Below, piece by piece: positions 39,427-49,857 of a stretch of 64,000 nucleotides of DNA. The first letter of the stretch is position 1; each line of letters opens with the position of its first letter. A program made the position numbers and the translations under genes. The DNA is from an uncultured Verrucomicrobiae bacterium (lineage in GTDB: Bacteria; Verrucomicrobiota; Verrucomicrobiia; Limisphaerales; Palsa-1400), in assembly GCA_963764165.1 (NCBI GenBank), contig CAVXRD010000002.1:1568001-1632000 (forward strand). Direction: 5' to 3'. The notes beneath the pieces are model-generated. The model had not been told where the DNA came from. It did no database searches and saw only the letters and a list, made by a program, of their open reading frames with translations.

Positions 39427-39711
39427 ATGAAAAAAAACACCAGTGATCTGAGTAATGAATTCAGCGCCCTCGTCGAGGACGCGGACGCCCTGATGAGGGC
39501 CACGGCGGATGTGGCTGGAGAACGAGTTGGAGAAGCCCGCAAGCGGCTCGCCAACGCGTTGAACAGCGCCTGCGAAAAATCCCGGGCTGGGGTGAAGGCG
39601 GCCGATGACGCTGTGCGTGAAAATCCTTATCAAGCCATCGCCATCGGGGTCGGCGTTGGCGCTGTCATTGGATTCTTTTTGGCGCGCAAGTGGGCGGCAC
39701 GCCGCGATTGA
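39427..39711 (+). CDS. DUF883 (ElaB/YqjD/YgaM) family protein
   Basis: ADDAVRENPYQAIAIGVGVGAVIGFFL C-terminal anchor. Confidence 0.85.
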   Translation: MKKNTSDLSNEFSALVEDADALMRATADVAGERVGEARKRLANALNSACEKSRAGVKAADDAVRENPYQAIAIGVGVGAVIGFFLARKWAARRD

Positions 39712-39798
39712 TCGAGTTGCGCGACTGCCGGCGCGGATGGGGAATTTCGAACGCAATTACGGCTCTTCACTGTTTCAGTGAAGTGCGATTTGTTTTTG

Positions 39799-39830
39799 TG
39801 TTCCTCTGCGCACTCATCTTCTTTGCGCGA
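39799..39830. repeat. Dispersed 32-bp repeat, family C
   Basis: Copy of 20656-20687 with 1 mismatch. Confidence 0.75.
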
Positions 39831-40025
39831 GACAATTGACTCTCCTCGCCAAAAAAGAAATGACTCACCACCTGATACGAATAACACCTAATGGCAGCTA
39901 AGAGATCTTGGGCGCAAAGTCTGTCATGCCAACTAACGCAGTGCCGCAAATCGCCCAGCCAGCAAACGCGGCGGGTCATAAACAATGTCACACGACGCCT
40001 CAAAGCTGAATACACGCCTTTCAAT

Positions 40026-40229
40026 ATGAAACAAAATCAAGATCAGAAAAACACAAGTGAAGCCGCTGCCGCGGTCTCACCGGACGAAATAGCCAGGCAC
40101 GCTTACTTCGCCTACGTAAATGAAGGTTCGAGGCCTGGGCACGATGTGCAGCATTGGCTTCATGCCGAGGCAAAATTGCTCGCGGAGCGTGATCGCACGC
40201 GCATTCACGGGTTTCACAAAAACGGGTAA
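40026..40229 (+). CDS. DUF2934-like small protein
   Basis: EIARHAYFAYVNEG..G.DVQHWLHAE pattern. Confidence 0.75.
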   Translation: MKQNQDQKNTSEAAAAVSPDEIARHAYFAYVNEGSRPGHDVQHWLHAEAKLLAERDRTRIHGFHKNG

Positions 40230-40243
40230 ACGAAAACTAAATT

Positions 40244-40699
40244 ATGACTACACTCATTATTGACAGAGACTTGACCAAGCAGGCGCCCCACAGCCCGCGT
40301 GAGCGGCTCGCCGGCTTCGCCATCGCCAGCCGCGCCATTGACAAATGCCGCGCCAGCCTCGCCGGAAAACTGGGCGACTATCATTACGATTGCCCCCTGG
40401 ACAACATGCTCTTTGTTTTCAAAGGCATAAATGGCGCGCAGTTCAAGGCCGCGGTGCTGGCCTCGAAGAATTACGAGGATGTGGGCTCCTGGCTGCGCAC
40501 CAACGGCGAGCCGAAAACACCGAGTGAAATCCGAGAGTGGTCAGATCAAATGGAAGCAAGCAGTCCGATGGTGAATCCAGACCGCCGCGCCTCCTTTATT
40601 GAGAATTGCACCAAGCTCAAATTGAATCCTGAGACAAACACGACGTTCGATTGGCTCGAAGCCGACGATCGCCACAGCTTCCAGAGCATGCCGGCCTAA
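40244..40699 (+). CDS. DUF5069-like protein
   Basis: DLTKQAPHSPR, DKCRA..G.LGDYHYDCPLD, TFDWLEADD. Confidence 0.75.
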   Translation: MTTLIIDRDLTKQAPHSPRERLAGFAIASRAIDKCRASLAGKLGDYHYDCPLDNMLFVFKGINGAQFKAAVLASKNYEDVGSWLRTNGEPKTPSEIREWSDQMEASSPMVNPDRRASFIENCTKLKLNPETNTTFDWLEADDRHSFQSMPA

Positions 40700-40710
40700 C
40701 CATTCCTCTT

Positions 40711-40944
40711 ATGCCAACAAAGAACAAATCCGTGAATGCGCTCCTCGACAAGGCGGCGCTGGAATTGCACACTCCCGTCTTTCCCAAGACACTCCACCGG
40801 CTGCGGCTGGCTGTCGCGGCGGCATCGCAAAAGCCGGCCAAGCGTGAAAACACCTTTTCCAAATCCCGCGACACGCGGGAGGATCGCGGCGAACGCCAGA
40901 TGAAGACGGCCCACAGCGCGCGAACGCTGCCACACGGTCATTAG
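40711..40944 (+). CDS. Small basic hypothetical protein
   Basis: 77-aa ORF packed between co-directional genes with 11-bp gaps. Confidence 0.55.
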   Translation: MPTKNKSVNALLDKAALELHTPVFPKTLHRLRLAVAAASQKPAKRENTFSKSRDTREDRGERQMKTAHSARTLPHGH

Positions 40945-40955
40945 CCCCCTGCCCC

Positions 40956-41348
40956 ATGAAAACGAATCCACTCAAACAGGGCGTCCTCACATTGCATTCA
41001 GCCGGCGTCGGCTCAGTGACCCGCAAGATGGTGCGGGAGCGGGCGGCCGAATTGGCGATTTCCGACGGCCGCCCCGCGCAAGGGGCCACTAAATCCGATT
41101 GGGATCAGGCGAAGCGGGAACTCACCGGTCTGCCGGACGCGGATCCAAAGGAGTCCATGCTGGAATCCGCCGCCGAATCCGAGCGATGGGATCCCACGCC
41201 TGGTTCCACCGGGGGCAAAGTTCCCGCGGCTCCTGGCGAGGATGAGGACGAAGAGGGCCGGAGTGACAACGAGAATCTGGTGAACGAAGGAATCGAAGGC
41301 GCGAAACGTGATCAGGAGCGCCAATCCGCTGCTGGAGAAAAGGAATGA
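40956..41348 (+). CDS. Acidic hydrophilic hypothetical protein
   Basis: 130-aa ORF with VRERAAELA..DG...DWDQAKREL and an acidic tail. Confidence 0.7.
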   Translation: MKTNPLKQGVLTLHSAGVGSVTRKMVRERAAELAISDGRPAQGATKSDWDQAKRELTGLPDADPKESMLESAAESERWDPTPGSTGGKVPAAPGEDEDEEGRSDNENLVNEGIEGAKRDQERQSAAGEKE

Positions 41349-41631
41349 CTGGCTGGCAGAAAACATATCGTTCGAGCGACCGTTCCTGACCAAGGCTGAC
41401 GCAAAATTTCATGGTCTGCGGTCAAATCCGAAAACTGCTGTGGCCATGCCATTTGCAAGCCCTCGTGCGCCGCCGAACTTTCGAACGCCGCGAAGAGGTG
41501 CGAGTATTACCTAGTTGCGGCCAGTCTTACCTAGTCTCACCAAATCGCACCTGTTTTTTTGAAAAATGACGGGTTGGGAGTTAAGCTAAATTAAGGTTGG
41601 TTAAGGCAAATTAAGCCTGTTCTTTTGATTT

Positions 41632-43917
41632 ATGGAAACAGCTACCACAGCTATGCGCAAAGTCGCCTTTCTCGGCGATTATTTGCCCAGGAAATGCGGC
41701 ATTGCCACGTTCACGACGGATCTGCGCACAGCGGTGGCGGCGGAATTTCCCGATGTCCAATGCCTGGTGGTGCCGGTCAATGATTTCGTTGATGGTTACA
41801 ACTATCCGCCCGAAGTCAGGTTCGAGATATCCGAGCAGGATTTGCCTTCCTATTTGCGCGCGGCGGATTTTCTTAACATCACGGATGTGGATGTCGTCTG
41901 CATCGAGCATGAGTTCGGCATTTTTGGCGGGCCGGCCGGCAGCCATGTGCTGGCGCTGCTGCGCGAGCTGCAAATGCCCATCGTCACCACGCTGCACACC
42001 ATTCTGCGCGACCCGAACTCGGAGCAGCGGCGGGTCATGCGGGAGCTGACCCGGCTGTCAACGCGAGTTGTGGCCATGAGCGAGCGGGGATGCGAATTCC
42101 TGCGGGAGGTGTACCGGGTGCCGTCCGCGAAAATCGATCTTATTCCGCACGGCATTCCGGATATGCCGTTTGCCGATCCGAATTATTTCAAGGACGAATT
42201 CGGCGTGGCGGGCCGGCAAGTGCTGCTGACGTTCGGTTTGCTTTCGCCCAACAAAGGCATCGAGTACGCGCTGAGGGCGATGCCGGACATCATTCGGGGA
42301 TTTCCCAATGCCGTCTACATTGTCCTGGGCCAGACGCATCCCAATTTATTGCGCACGGAAGGCGAAGGATACCGGTTGAGCCTGGAACGGCTGGCCAAGG
42401 ATCTCGGCGTGCAGAAAAACGTCGTTTTCTTCAATCGCTTTGTCGAGCTGGAGGAATTGAAGCGGTTTATTGGCGCGGCGGATATTTATCTCACTCCGTA
42501 TTTGACAGAAGCGCAAATCACCTCCGGCACGCTGGCCCATGCCTTCGGGGCGGGCAACGCGGTGGTGTCCACGCCTTACTGGCACGCCGCGGAATTGTTG
42601 ACAGCCGAGCGCGGGAAGCTGGTGCCGTTTCGCGATCCCAGCGCCATCTCGGCGGCGGTGGTGGAGTTGCTGCGGGACGAGACGCTGCGCCATTCGATGC
42701 GCAAGAACGCCTACAAACTGGGGCGCGAGATGGTGTGGAGCAGCGTGGCGCGGCTCTACGTCCGCTCGTTCGAGCAGGCGCGGCGGGATCACAGTTTCGT
42801 CGGGCGAAAAACCTCGCCGATCAAGACTCTCGACGAGCAGCCGGGCCAATTGCCGGAATTGAAGATGGACCACCTGTTTCGCATGAGCGATTCGACGGGC
42901 ATCTTCCAGCACGCGAGTTTTACGGTGCCGAATTTTGCCGAAGGCTACTGCACGGATGATAACGCGCGCGCCCTGGTGCTGGCCTTGATGCTGCGGAACC
43001 TGGGGCACGAATCCGCTGAGCTTGCCGCGCACGCGGCCACTTACGCGGCGTTCCTCAACCACGCCTTCGACCGCCAGCGCGGGCGCTTCCGCAATTTCAT
43101 GAGCTTTGACCGGCGCTGGCTGGAGGACGTCGGGTCGGAGGATTGCCACGGACAGGCATTATGGGCGCTCGGATTGTGTGTGGCCCAATCTGGACATGAA
43201 AGTTTCCAATTGCTTGCGGCGCAGCTGTTTGAGCTGGCGCTGCCGGTGGCCGCTGAATTCTCCTCGCCGCGCGCGTGGGCTTACACGCTGATCGGCATTG
43301 AGGAGTATCTGCGGCGATTCGGCGGGGATCGCCGCGCCAACCAGATTCGCGAGACGCTGACCAAGCGCCTCATGCAGAGGTACGCCGACGCCGCCGGCCC
43401 CGAGTGGCAATGGTTTGAGGATGTCGTATCCTATGCCAATGCAAAACTTCCTCACGCGCTCATTCTCAGCGGCCGCTGCTTGAATGCCCCGGCTTTGCTG
43501 GAAACCGGCCTTAAGACGCTGCGCTGGCTGGTGCGGCTTCAGACCTCGCCGGCCAATGCGTTCCGTCCAGTTGGCTCGAATGGATTTTATCCCCGCGGCC
43601 AGGAGTGCCCGCAATTTGACCAGCAGCCCATCGAGGCGCAAGCCACCATCTCGGCCTGCATCGAAGCGTATCACGCGACCCACGACATGTTTTGGGTGGC
43701 GGAAGCGCGCCGGGCGTTCGAGTGGTTTCTCGGCCGCAACGATTTGGGCATGGCGCTTTACGACGCGGGGACCGGCGGCTGCCGCGACGGGCTGCACGTG
43801 GATCGGCTGAGCCAGAATCAAGGCGCCGAATCCACCCTGGCTTTTTTGCTCTCGCTTGCCGAAATGCAAGCGCTGCACAACACCCTCACCAGTTTCAAGG
43901 AACCGGTTGAGGAGTGA
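41632..43917 (+). CDS. GT4 glycosyltransferase fused to a putative (alpha/alpha)6 glycosidase-like domain
   Basis: YLPRKCGIATF, HEFGIFGG, FGLLSPNKGIE, TSGTL, STPY. C-terminal GYCTDDNARAL, FDQQPIE, NQGAEST. Confidence 0.88.
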   Translation: METATTAMRKVAFLGDYLPRKCGIATFTTDLRTAVAAEFPDVQCLVVPVNDFVDGYNYPPEVRFEISEQDLPSYLRAADFLNITDVDVVCIEHEFGIFGGPAGSHVLALLRELQMPIVTTLHTILRDPNSEQRRVMRELTRLSTRVVAMSERGCEFLREVYRVPSAKIDLIPHGIPDMPFADPNYFKDEFGVAGRQVLLTFGLLSPNKGIEYALRAMPDIIRGFPNAVYIVLGQTHPNLLRTEGEGYRLSLERLAKDLGVQKNVVFFNRFVELEELKRFIGAADIYLTPYLTEAQITSGTLAHAFGAGNAVVSTPYWHAAELLTAERGKLVPFRDPSAISAAVVELLRDETLRHSMRKNAYKLGREMVWSSVARLYVRSFEQARRDHSFVGRKTSPIKTLDEQPGQLPELKMDHLFRMSDSTGIFQHASFTVPNFAEGYCTDDNARALVLALMLRNLGHESAELAAHAATYAAFLNHAFDRQRGRFRNFMSFDRRWLEDVGSEDCHGQALWALGLCVAQSGHESFQLLAAQLFELALPVAAEFSSPRAWAYTLIGIEEYLRRFGGDRRANQIRETLTKRLMQRYADAAGPEWQWFEDVVSYANAKLPHALILSGRCLNAPALLETGLKTLRWLVRLQTSPANAFRPVGSNGFYPRGQECPQFDQQPIEAQATISACIEAYHATHDMFWVAEARRAFEWFLGRNDLGMALYDAGTGGCRDGLHVDRLSQNQGAESTLAFLLSLAEMQALHNTLTSFKEPVEE

Positions 43918-43969
43918 TTCCCTGGCGCTAATGATCGCCCGGCTCGGAAATGAACGGGGAAATATCTTC

Positions 43970-45487
43970 ATGCATAACAAACAGCATCACCAGTCGCTCC
44001 ACGCCAAGCGGATTGGCCCGTCCATCACGCCCAATCGCAACCGGGTGCTCATGCGCCCATTCCGCCCCAGCACAGACGACATCTCGCGGCGCATTGTCGG
44101 GCGCGTGATGGCTCTGCCGGAACCGGAGGTGGCGCCGCTGTTGGAGCACGTCATCAGCGAGTTCACCGGCCGGCACGAACAGGTGGAAAACTTCTTCCGC
44201 AAACGCTTTGACGAGGTCAGCATTTATCTCGAACTCGAGGCGCGGCCATCGCCCGAGCGCCAGATGCTCATCGGGGCCTACTTTACGCACGAGTATTCCC
44301 TTGAATCAGCGGCGCTGTTCAATCCTTCCATTGTGCCGCATCCGGACCAATCCGGATTATCCCGCGGCGCGATGCGTTTCATCCTGAGTTTGCGCGCCAC
44401 CGGCGAGGGGCACATTTCGTCCATTGTGTTTCGAACGGGGACCGTCAGCGCAGCCGACCGGATCGCGCTGGCGCCGACGCTGCCCTTTTCGACCGAGCCG
44501 GAGCGCGTGCCCAATGCCGCTTACGACAAGGGATTGTTCGCCCACAAATTGCAGGAGGCCGGGGTGCAGAACGATTTCTGCCGCCGTGTGCTTGACAAAC
44601 TTCACGAGGATTTCACCCTCAAGGAGCTGCGCGGCATTCTCGCGGCCTGCGGCTTGACTGCGGACACGACCGACGCCACGGCGACCCGCGCGGCGCGAGG
44701 CATTCTGCTGCTGGCGGAATCGAATTACGAAGTGGACTTCGCCCCCGGCATCGACGTGTCGCAGCGCGTTGTCTTCCCCTCTGCGCCCAGCCAGAGCAAC
44801 GGCATCGAGGATGCCCGTTTCGTCCGTTTCCAGAAAGACGATGGCAGCTTCACCTACTTCGCGACTTATACTGCCTACGACGGCAAAATCACGCTGCCGC
44901 AATTGCTGGAGACGCCGGATTTTGTCCATTTCAAATTCAGCACGCTCAATGGGCCCGCCGTTCAAAACAAGGGCATGGCCCTTTTTCCGCGCAAAATAAA
45001 TGGGAAGTTCGCCATGCTATCGCGCCAGGACGACGAGAATATTCTGCTGATGTTTTCGGACAACATCCATTTCTGGCAGGATCCCGTGCTGCTGATTGCT
45101 CCCGCGCAACCATGGGAATTCGTAAAAATGGGAAATTGCGGTTCACCCATTGAAACCGAGGCGGGCTGGCTGGTGTTGAGCCACGGCGTGGGCGCGATGA
45201 GGAAATATTGCCTGGGAGCGTTCCTGCTGGACAAGAATGACCCGTCGCGCGTGATTGGACGCCTGCGCGAACCGCTTCTTTCACCAAACGAGGCGGAAAG
45301 GGAGGGTTACGTTCCAAACGTCGTTTACACCTGCGGCGCCCTGCTGCACGGGCGCGAAGTCATCATCCCTTACGCCATGAGCGACTCCGCTTCCAGCTTC
45401 GCCAAGGTGCCGCTGGATGAATTGCTGACCGCGATGGAGCGCGGGGACGGCCTCGGGAATCCGCCAGCGCCCGCACTAACACCCTGA
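43970..45487 (+). CDS. GH130 family glycosidase/phosphorylase with N-terminal extension
   Basis: LFNPS, GIEDARFV, ATYTAYDG, NKGMALFP, GNCGSPI, EGYVPNVVY. Confidence 0.88.
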   Translation: MHNKQHHQSLHAKRIGPSITPNRNRVLMRPFRPSTDDISRRIVGRVMALPEPEVAPLLEHVISEFTGRHEQVENFFRKRFDEVSIYLELEARPSPERQMLIGAYFTHEYSLESAALFNPSIVPHPDQSGLSRGAMRFILSLRATGEGHISSIVFRTGTVSAADRIALAPTLPFSTEPERVPNAAYDKGLFAHKLQEAGVQNDFCRRVLDKLHEDFTLKELRGILAACGLTADTTDATATRAARGILLLAESNYEVDFAPGIDVSQRVVFPSAPSQSNGIEDARFVRFQKDDGSFTYFATYTAYDGKITLPQLLETPDFVHFKFSTLNGPAVQNKGMALFPRKINGKFAMLSRQDDENILLMFSDNIHFWQDPVLLIAPAQPWEFVKMGNCGSPIETEAGWLVLSHGVGAMRKYCLGAFLLDKNDPSRVIGRLREPLLSPNEAEREGYVPNVVYTCGALLHGREVIIPYAMSDSASSFAKVPLDELLTAMERGDGLGNPPAPALTP

Positions 45488-45492
45488 AACTA

Positions 45493-45579
45493 AACAGGAG
45501 AAAAACCGAGAGAACAGAGAAAAACGCCTTCTGGGCGACGATGATTTCTCGTCTCCGTGCCCTCGGCCTTCCTCCTGTT
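45493..45579. repeat. Inverted-repeat element (AACAGGAG...CTCCTGTT) just after the GH130 stop
   Basis: AACAGGAG..CCGAG..ACAGAGA pairs imperfectly with TCTCCGT..CTCGG..CTCCTGTT. Confidence 0.55.
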
Positions 45580-45690
45580 CAAATGTGTTTTAGCCCATCC
45601 GGAAGAATCGGGGGGTTGACCTCGTTGGCAGCCTCACGGGGCGAATTTCTGATTGAATCAAACCCATGTCTTTTGGCATGATGCAAACAA

Positions 45691-48600
45691 GTGGAGCACG
45701 CTTTCGCAGTTTTTAAATTTTGGAGAATTCAGTTTGTTCGAACGCTTCTGGTCTTGCTGCTCCTGGCAATCAACTCGAGCCTTCTCAAAGCTGAACGAGT
45801 CCTGGATTCCAATCCGGAGTTCATGGTGGAAAATTGGCTGGCCCCGGATGGAATCCCCGAGAATTCCGTCCTTTCGCTGGCCCAAACGCCCGATGGGTAC
45901 ATTTGGGTTGGCACCCAGGATGGGCTCCTTCGTTTCAATGGCGTGCAATTTGCCCAAGTCGCGCCGGAATCCGGCCTCGACCGCCTGGCCGGCATCATTG
46001 TCACCCTGAGCATCGATCTTCGCGGTCGTCTGTGGGCGGGAGCGGAACAAAGCATTGCCTACCTTGATCACGGAACATGGCATCCGGTTGTTGGGACGAA
46101 CCTGATCTACGGCCCGAACTTCAAAGTAAGATCGTTTGCAGAGGGTACCGGAGGCATAATGTATTGCGGGTCGTTTGATGGCCATGTCTACACCGCCAAA
46201 GACGACCTTTTGCAGCCCATGGCGATGCAGCCGCCTGGAACGACCAATAGCGGCGTTTTCTGCATCCGCGACGTCAAGGATGGCGGACTGTGGCTTGCCA
46301 ACCGGGGATTCGTTGGCCGATGGGATGGAACTGCCTGGAAGCGCTTCGACTCCTTCAACGGGGCGGCTCCTCCTCTCATTGCCGCCGCCGCGCGCTCGGG
46401 GGGCATCTGGGTTTTGGCGGGGCGCGCGCTGCAGCACTATCAAGCAGACGGCTCGATTATTTCCAACGCCGTTCCGTTGGTTTACGATTTTCGGCAAATG
46501 GCGGAGGACCCGTCTGGAACGGTATGGGTGGCGTCGGTGGCCAGCGGTGTCACACGGCTGATTCCCAATGGAACGAACTGGGTTTCCAAGACCCTTACTG
46601 CCACCAATGGATTGGTGCAAAATCCCGCATGGGCTTTGCTGTTCGATAAAGAGGGAAATGATTGGGTTGGGAGTGCCAGCGGCGGCCTTCAACGGCTGTC
46701 GAAACGCCAATTCATCAATATCGGGCAGCAACAGGGTTTGCCGGACAATCTCGTTCGCACCGTCGTCGAAACTTCACCCGGAAACATACTCGTCGGCACC
46801 CATGGCGGCGGCTTGGCCGTCATCACAAACGACAGAGTGACCTCCGTCCGCCGAGCCGAGCAGGGCGTTTCCGGGCGTTACGGCTGGAGCTTGCTGAAAG
46901 ACAAAAGCGGGCGCCTGTGGATTGGAACTTACCTTGGAGGCTTATTTGTCGAAGAGAATGGCGTGGAGCGCTCGGTGGAGCTGCCGCCGGCTTTGGGCTT
47001 GGTTGTCAACAGTTTGATGGAGGATTCGCGGGGGCGCATTTGGGTGGGGGCGCAGGGCGGGGTCGGATTTATCGAAACAAATGTGTTCCATGAATTGCCC
47101 CCGGAGACGGCTCGGTTTATCGACAACGCAAGCTGCATGGCGGACGATCCGCAGGCGCGCGCGGTTTGGATCGGCACCAGCGATCATGGGCTTTTCAAAC
47201 TGGTGGATGGCAAACATGAAAATCCAGAGCGGGTCGCGGGCTTGCCGACAGATCGCATCACCTGCCTCAAGGTCGGCAAGGACGGATGCATCTGGGCTGG
47301 TGTTTATAACAACGGCCTTGCTGCCATCGAGAACGGAAAGACGATTCTTTTTGGGCACGACCAGGGATTGCCCGCTTTGATCGTCGCTTCGATGATCGAC
47401 GATGGGCGCGGATTTTATTGGATGGGCACCGACCAGGGCATCATTCGAGCGGCGCAGGACGAACTGCTCAAGGTCCGCCGGGGGATCGAATCCATTGCCA
47501 CCTTTTCGCTCTTCAACCAGCGCGATGGAATTGGCTGGGGAAACTGCGGCGATGGGAATCAGCCGTCCGTCCTGCAAGCTTCCGACAAGCGTCTCTGGTT
47601 CGCCACCTTGAACGGCGTGGTCGTCGCCGATCCCACGAGAATTCAGCTCAACACAAATCCTCCTCCGCTCTTGATGGAGCGTGTGGCTTATCTGGATAGA
47701 GCGGGCCAGCCGCAGGAAATGGCGGGGCCGTTTGACCGGCAGTTTGAAATTCCCCCGGGATCCTCGGAGGTGGAACTTCATTTTGCCGTCCTGAGTTTCA
47801 CATCGCCGGAGAAGATGCGCATTTACTACAATTTGCAAAAGACCCGCGGCTACGGATTCTTCGAGCGCCAGCCCGCCAACACCAACTGGCTCGATCTGGG
47901 AAATCACCGGGAGCTGCTTTTTCACTCGCCGATGACGCCGGGGCCTTACCGGCTGCAGATCAAGGCCCGCAACAATGACGGTGTCTGGAATCAAACCGGG
48001 CTGATTCTGCAATTTTCGGTGGCGCCATTTTTCTGGCAGACCGCCTGGTTTCGCGTGATAGGTGGCGCGGGGATGCTGGCCGTCGGCGGGTTGGCAGCGT
48101 GGCAATTGGCCCGCCTGCGGTTTCAACGGCGGATCGCGCTGCTGGAAAATGAGCGCGCGCTCGAGCACGAAAAAGCGCGCCTGGCCAGCATCATGGAGGC
48201 GACCAGCGATTTGGTGGCTTTCGCCGACAGCGAGGGCCGGCTGCTGCACGTCAATGCCGCCGGGCGAAAGTTGCTCGGGTATGGGGCGAACGAGAATCTC
48301 AGCAAATCAAATTTAACATCGTTCTTCCCCGAATGGGCCGCCGAGCGGCTCACGAATGAAGCGGTTCCGGCGGCCCGCCAGCATGGAACATGGGAAGGCG
48401 AGACCGCGCTCCTTGGAAAAAACGGCCGCGAGATTCCCGTCTCGCAAGTCATGATCGCGCACAAAAACCCGGAAGGCCAAATCAGCTTCCTTTCCACCGT
48501 GGCGCGGGACATCACGGAACGCCGCCAGTCCGAACGGGAGAAGGACCGGTTGCTGGAGGAATTGCTGCAATCCCGGAAGCTGGAATCCGTGGGCCGGCTG

Positions 48601-49710
48601 GCTGGCGGCATCGCGCATGATTTCAATAACATGATGCAAGTCGTGCTCGGCAACGCGAGCCTCGCCCTCGAAATCTGCCCTCGCGGAGGCGAGCTGGAAG
48701 GCCACTTGAAAGAGATTGAGTCCTCGGCCAATCACTCCGCCGATTTAACCCGCCGCCTGCTCGCTTTTGCCCGCAAACAGAAAGTGCAGCCGCAGGTGCT
48801 CGATCTGAATGAAACCGTGGGGGGAATGCTGAAAGTGCTGCGGCGCTTGATCGGCGAGAACATCTCGCTTTCGTGGAAACCAGGGCAGAAACTGTGGCCG
48901 GTAACGATGGACCCGCTCCAGATCGACCAGATCATCACGAATCTCGTCGTCAACGGCCGCGACGCCATCGCTGGCGGAGGCTTCATTTCCATAGAGACCT
49001 CCAACATGGTCATGGCGGAAAACTCCATTGGCGCTTACGCGGACCGGGTGCCGGGCGAATTCGTTGTCCTGAGCGTGCGGGACACCGGCAAAGGCATGAC
49101 ACCGGATGTTGTCGAACATATTTTTGAACCGTTCTTCACCACCAAGGGCGTGGGCGAAGGCACCGGTCTTGGCCTTGCAACCGTATTTGGAATTGTCAAG
49201 CAAAACCACGGCTGGATCGAAGTGGAAACCATGCCGGACAAGGGTTCGACGTTCCAGGTCTTTTTGCCCCGGTCGCACACTGCGCCGGCGCCGGCGGCTC
49301 CATCCCAGCGCGCCGAGGCGGCTCTTCCGGCCGGACGCGAGACGATTCTTGTGGTGGAAGACGAGCCTTCCATTTTGGAGCTGAGCGCCTTTATTCTGCA
49401 GCGCTGCGGCTATACGGTGCTGTCGGCCGAGCACCCCGAGAAGGCCCTGCGCATCGCCTCTTCGGAAAAACATCACATCGATTTGTTGTTGACAGACGTG
49501 ATCATGCCGGGGATGAGCGGCAAAGAAATGTGGGACAAGCTGAAGGCCATGCGCCCGAGCCTGAAATGCATTTTCATGTCCGGCTACGACAAGAACATTT
49601 TCGGCGCCGCGGGCGTGCGTGATTCAGGAGTGCCCTTCCTGCAAAAGCCCTTCACTCATCGCCAGTTGGTGAATCTGGTCCGCGAGCAGCTCGACCGGAA
49701 AAGCTCATAG
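45691..49710 (+). CDS. Hybrid sensor kinase: periplasmic propeller + Y_Y_Y, TM, PAS, HisKA, HATPase, receiver
   Basis: Repeated D..G.(L/I)W.GT..GL units, ARNNDGVWN, LAGGIAHDFNN, FEPFFTTK..GTGLGL, LLTDVIMP. Confidence 0.93.
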   Translation: MEHAFAVFKFWRIQFVRTLLVLLLLAINSSLLKAERVLDSNPEFMVENWLAPDGIPENSVLSLAQTPDGYIWVGTQDGLLRFNGVQFAQVAPESGLDRLAGIIVTLSIDLRGRLWAGAEQSIAYLDHGTWHPVVGTNLIYGPNFKVRSFAEGTGGIMYCGSFDGHVYTAKDDLLQPMAMQPPGTTNSGVFCIRDVKDGGLWLANRGFVGRWDGTAWKRFDSFNGAAPPLIAAAARSGGIWVLAGRALQHYQADGSIISNAVPLVYDFRQMAEDPSGTVWVASVASGVTRLIPNGTNWVSKTLTATNGLVQNPAWALLFDKEGNDWVGSASGGLQRLSKRQFINIGQQQGLPDNLVRTVVETSPGNILVGTHGGGLAVITNDRVTSVRRAEQGVSGRYGWSLLKDKSGRLWIGTYLGGLFVEENGVERSVELPPALGLVVNSLMEDSRGRIWVGAQGGVGFIETNVFHELPPETARFIDNASCMADDPQARAVWIGTSDHGLFKLVDGKHENPERVAGLPTDRITCLKVGKDGCIWAGVYNNGLAAIENGKTILFGHDQGLPALIVASMIDDGRGFYWMGTDQGIIRAAQDELLKVRRGIESIATFSLFNQRDGIGWGNCGDGNQPSVLQASDKRLWFATLNGVVVADPTRIQLNTNPPPLLMERVAYLDRAGQPQEMAGPFDRQFEIPPGSSEVELHFAVLSFTSPEKMRIYYNLQKTRGYGFFERQPANTNWLDLGNHRELLFHSPMTPGPYRLQIKARNNDGVWNQTGLILQFSVAPFFWQTAWFRVIGGAGMLAVGGLAAWQLARLRFQRRIALLENERALEHEKARLASIMEATSDLVAFADSEGRLLHVNAAGRKLLGYGANENLSKSNLTSFFPEWAAERLTNEAVPAARQHGTWEGETALLGKNGREIPVSQVMIAHKNPEGQISFLSTVARDITERRQSEREKDRLLEELLQSRKLESVGRLAGGIAHDFNNMMQVVLGNASLALEICPRGGELEGHLKEIESSANHSADLTRRLLAFARKQKVQPQVLDLNETVGGMLKVLRRLIGENISLSWKPGQKLWPVTMDPLQIDQIITNLVVNGRDAIAGGGFISIETSNMVMAENSIGAYADRVPGEFVVLSVRDTGKGMTPDVVEHIFEPFFTTKGVGEGTGLGLATVFGIVKQNHGWIEVETMPDKGSTFQVFLPRSHTAPAPAAPSQRAEAALPAGRETILVVEDEPSILELSAFILQRCGYTVLSAEHPEKALRIASSEKHHIDLLLTDVIMPGMSGKEMWDKLKAMRPSLKCIFMSGYDKNIFGAAGVRDSGVPFLQKPFTHRQLVNLVREQLDRKSS

Positions 49711-49857
49711 CAAACCCCGCTGATGACAACCGCGGCTGGTTGTCCACAATCCGGATGACAACGGCTGGACATCTGGCGGAATTGCGCCGGAAACAGGAAT
49801 GGAAATTCAAATCCCCCCCGAGCTGGGGTGCATGCATGGGCTCGACAGAATCTCGCC

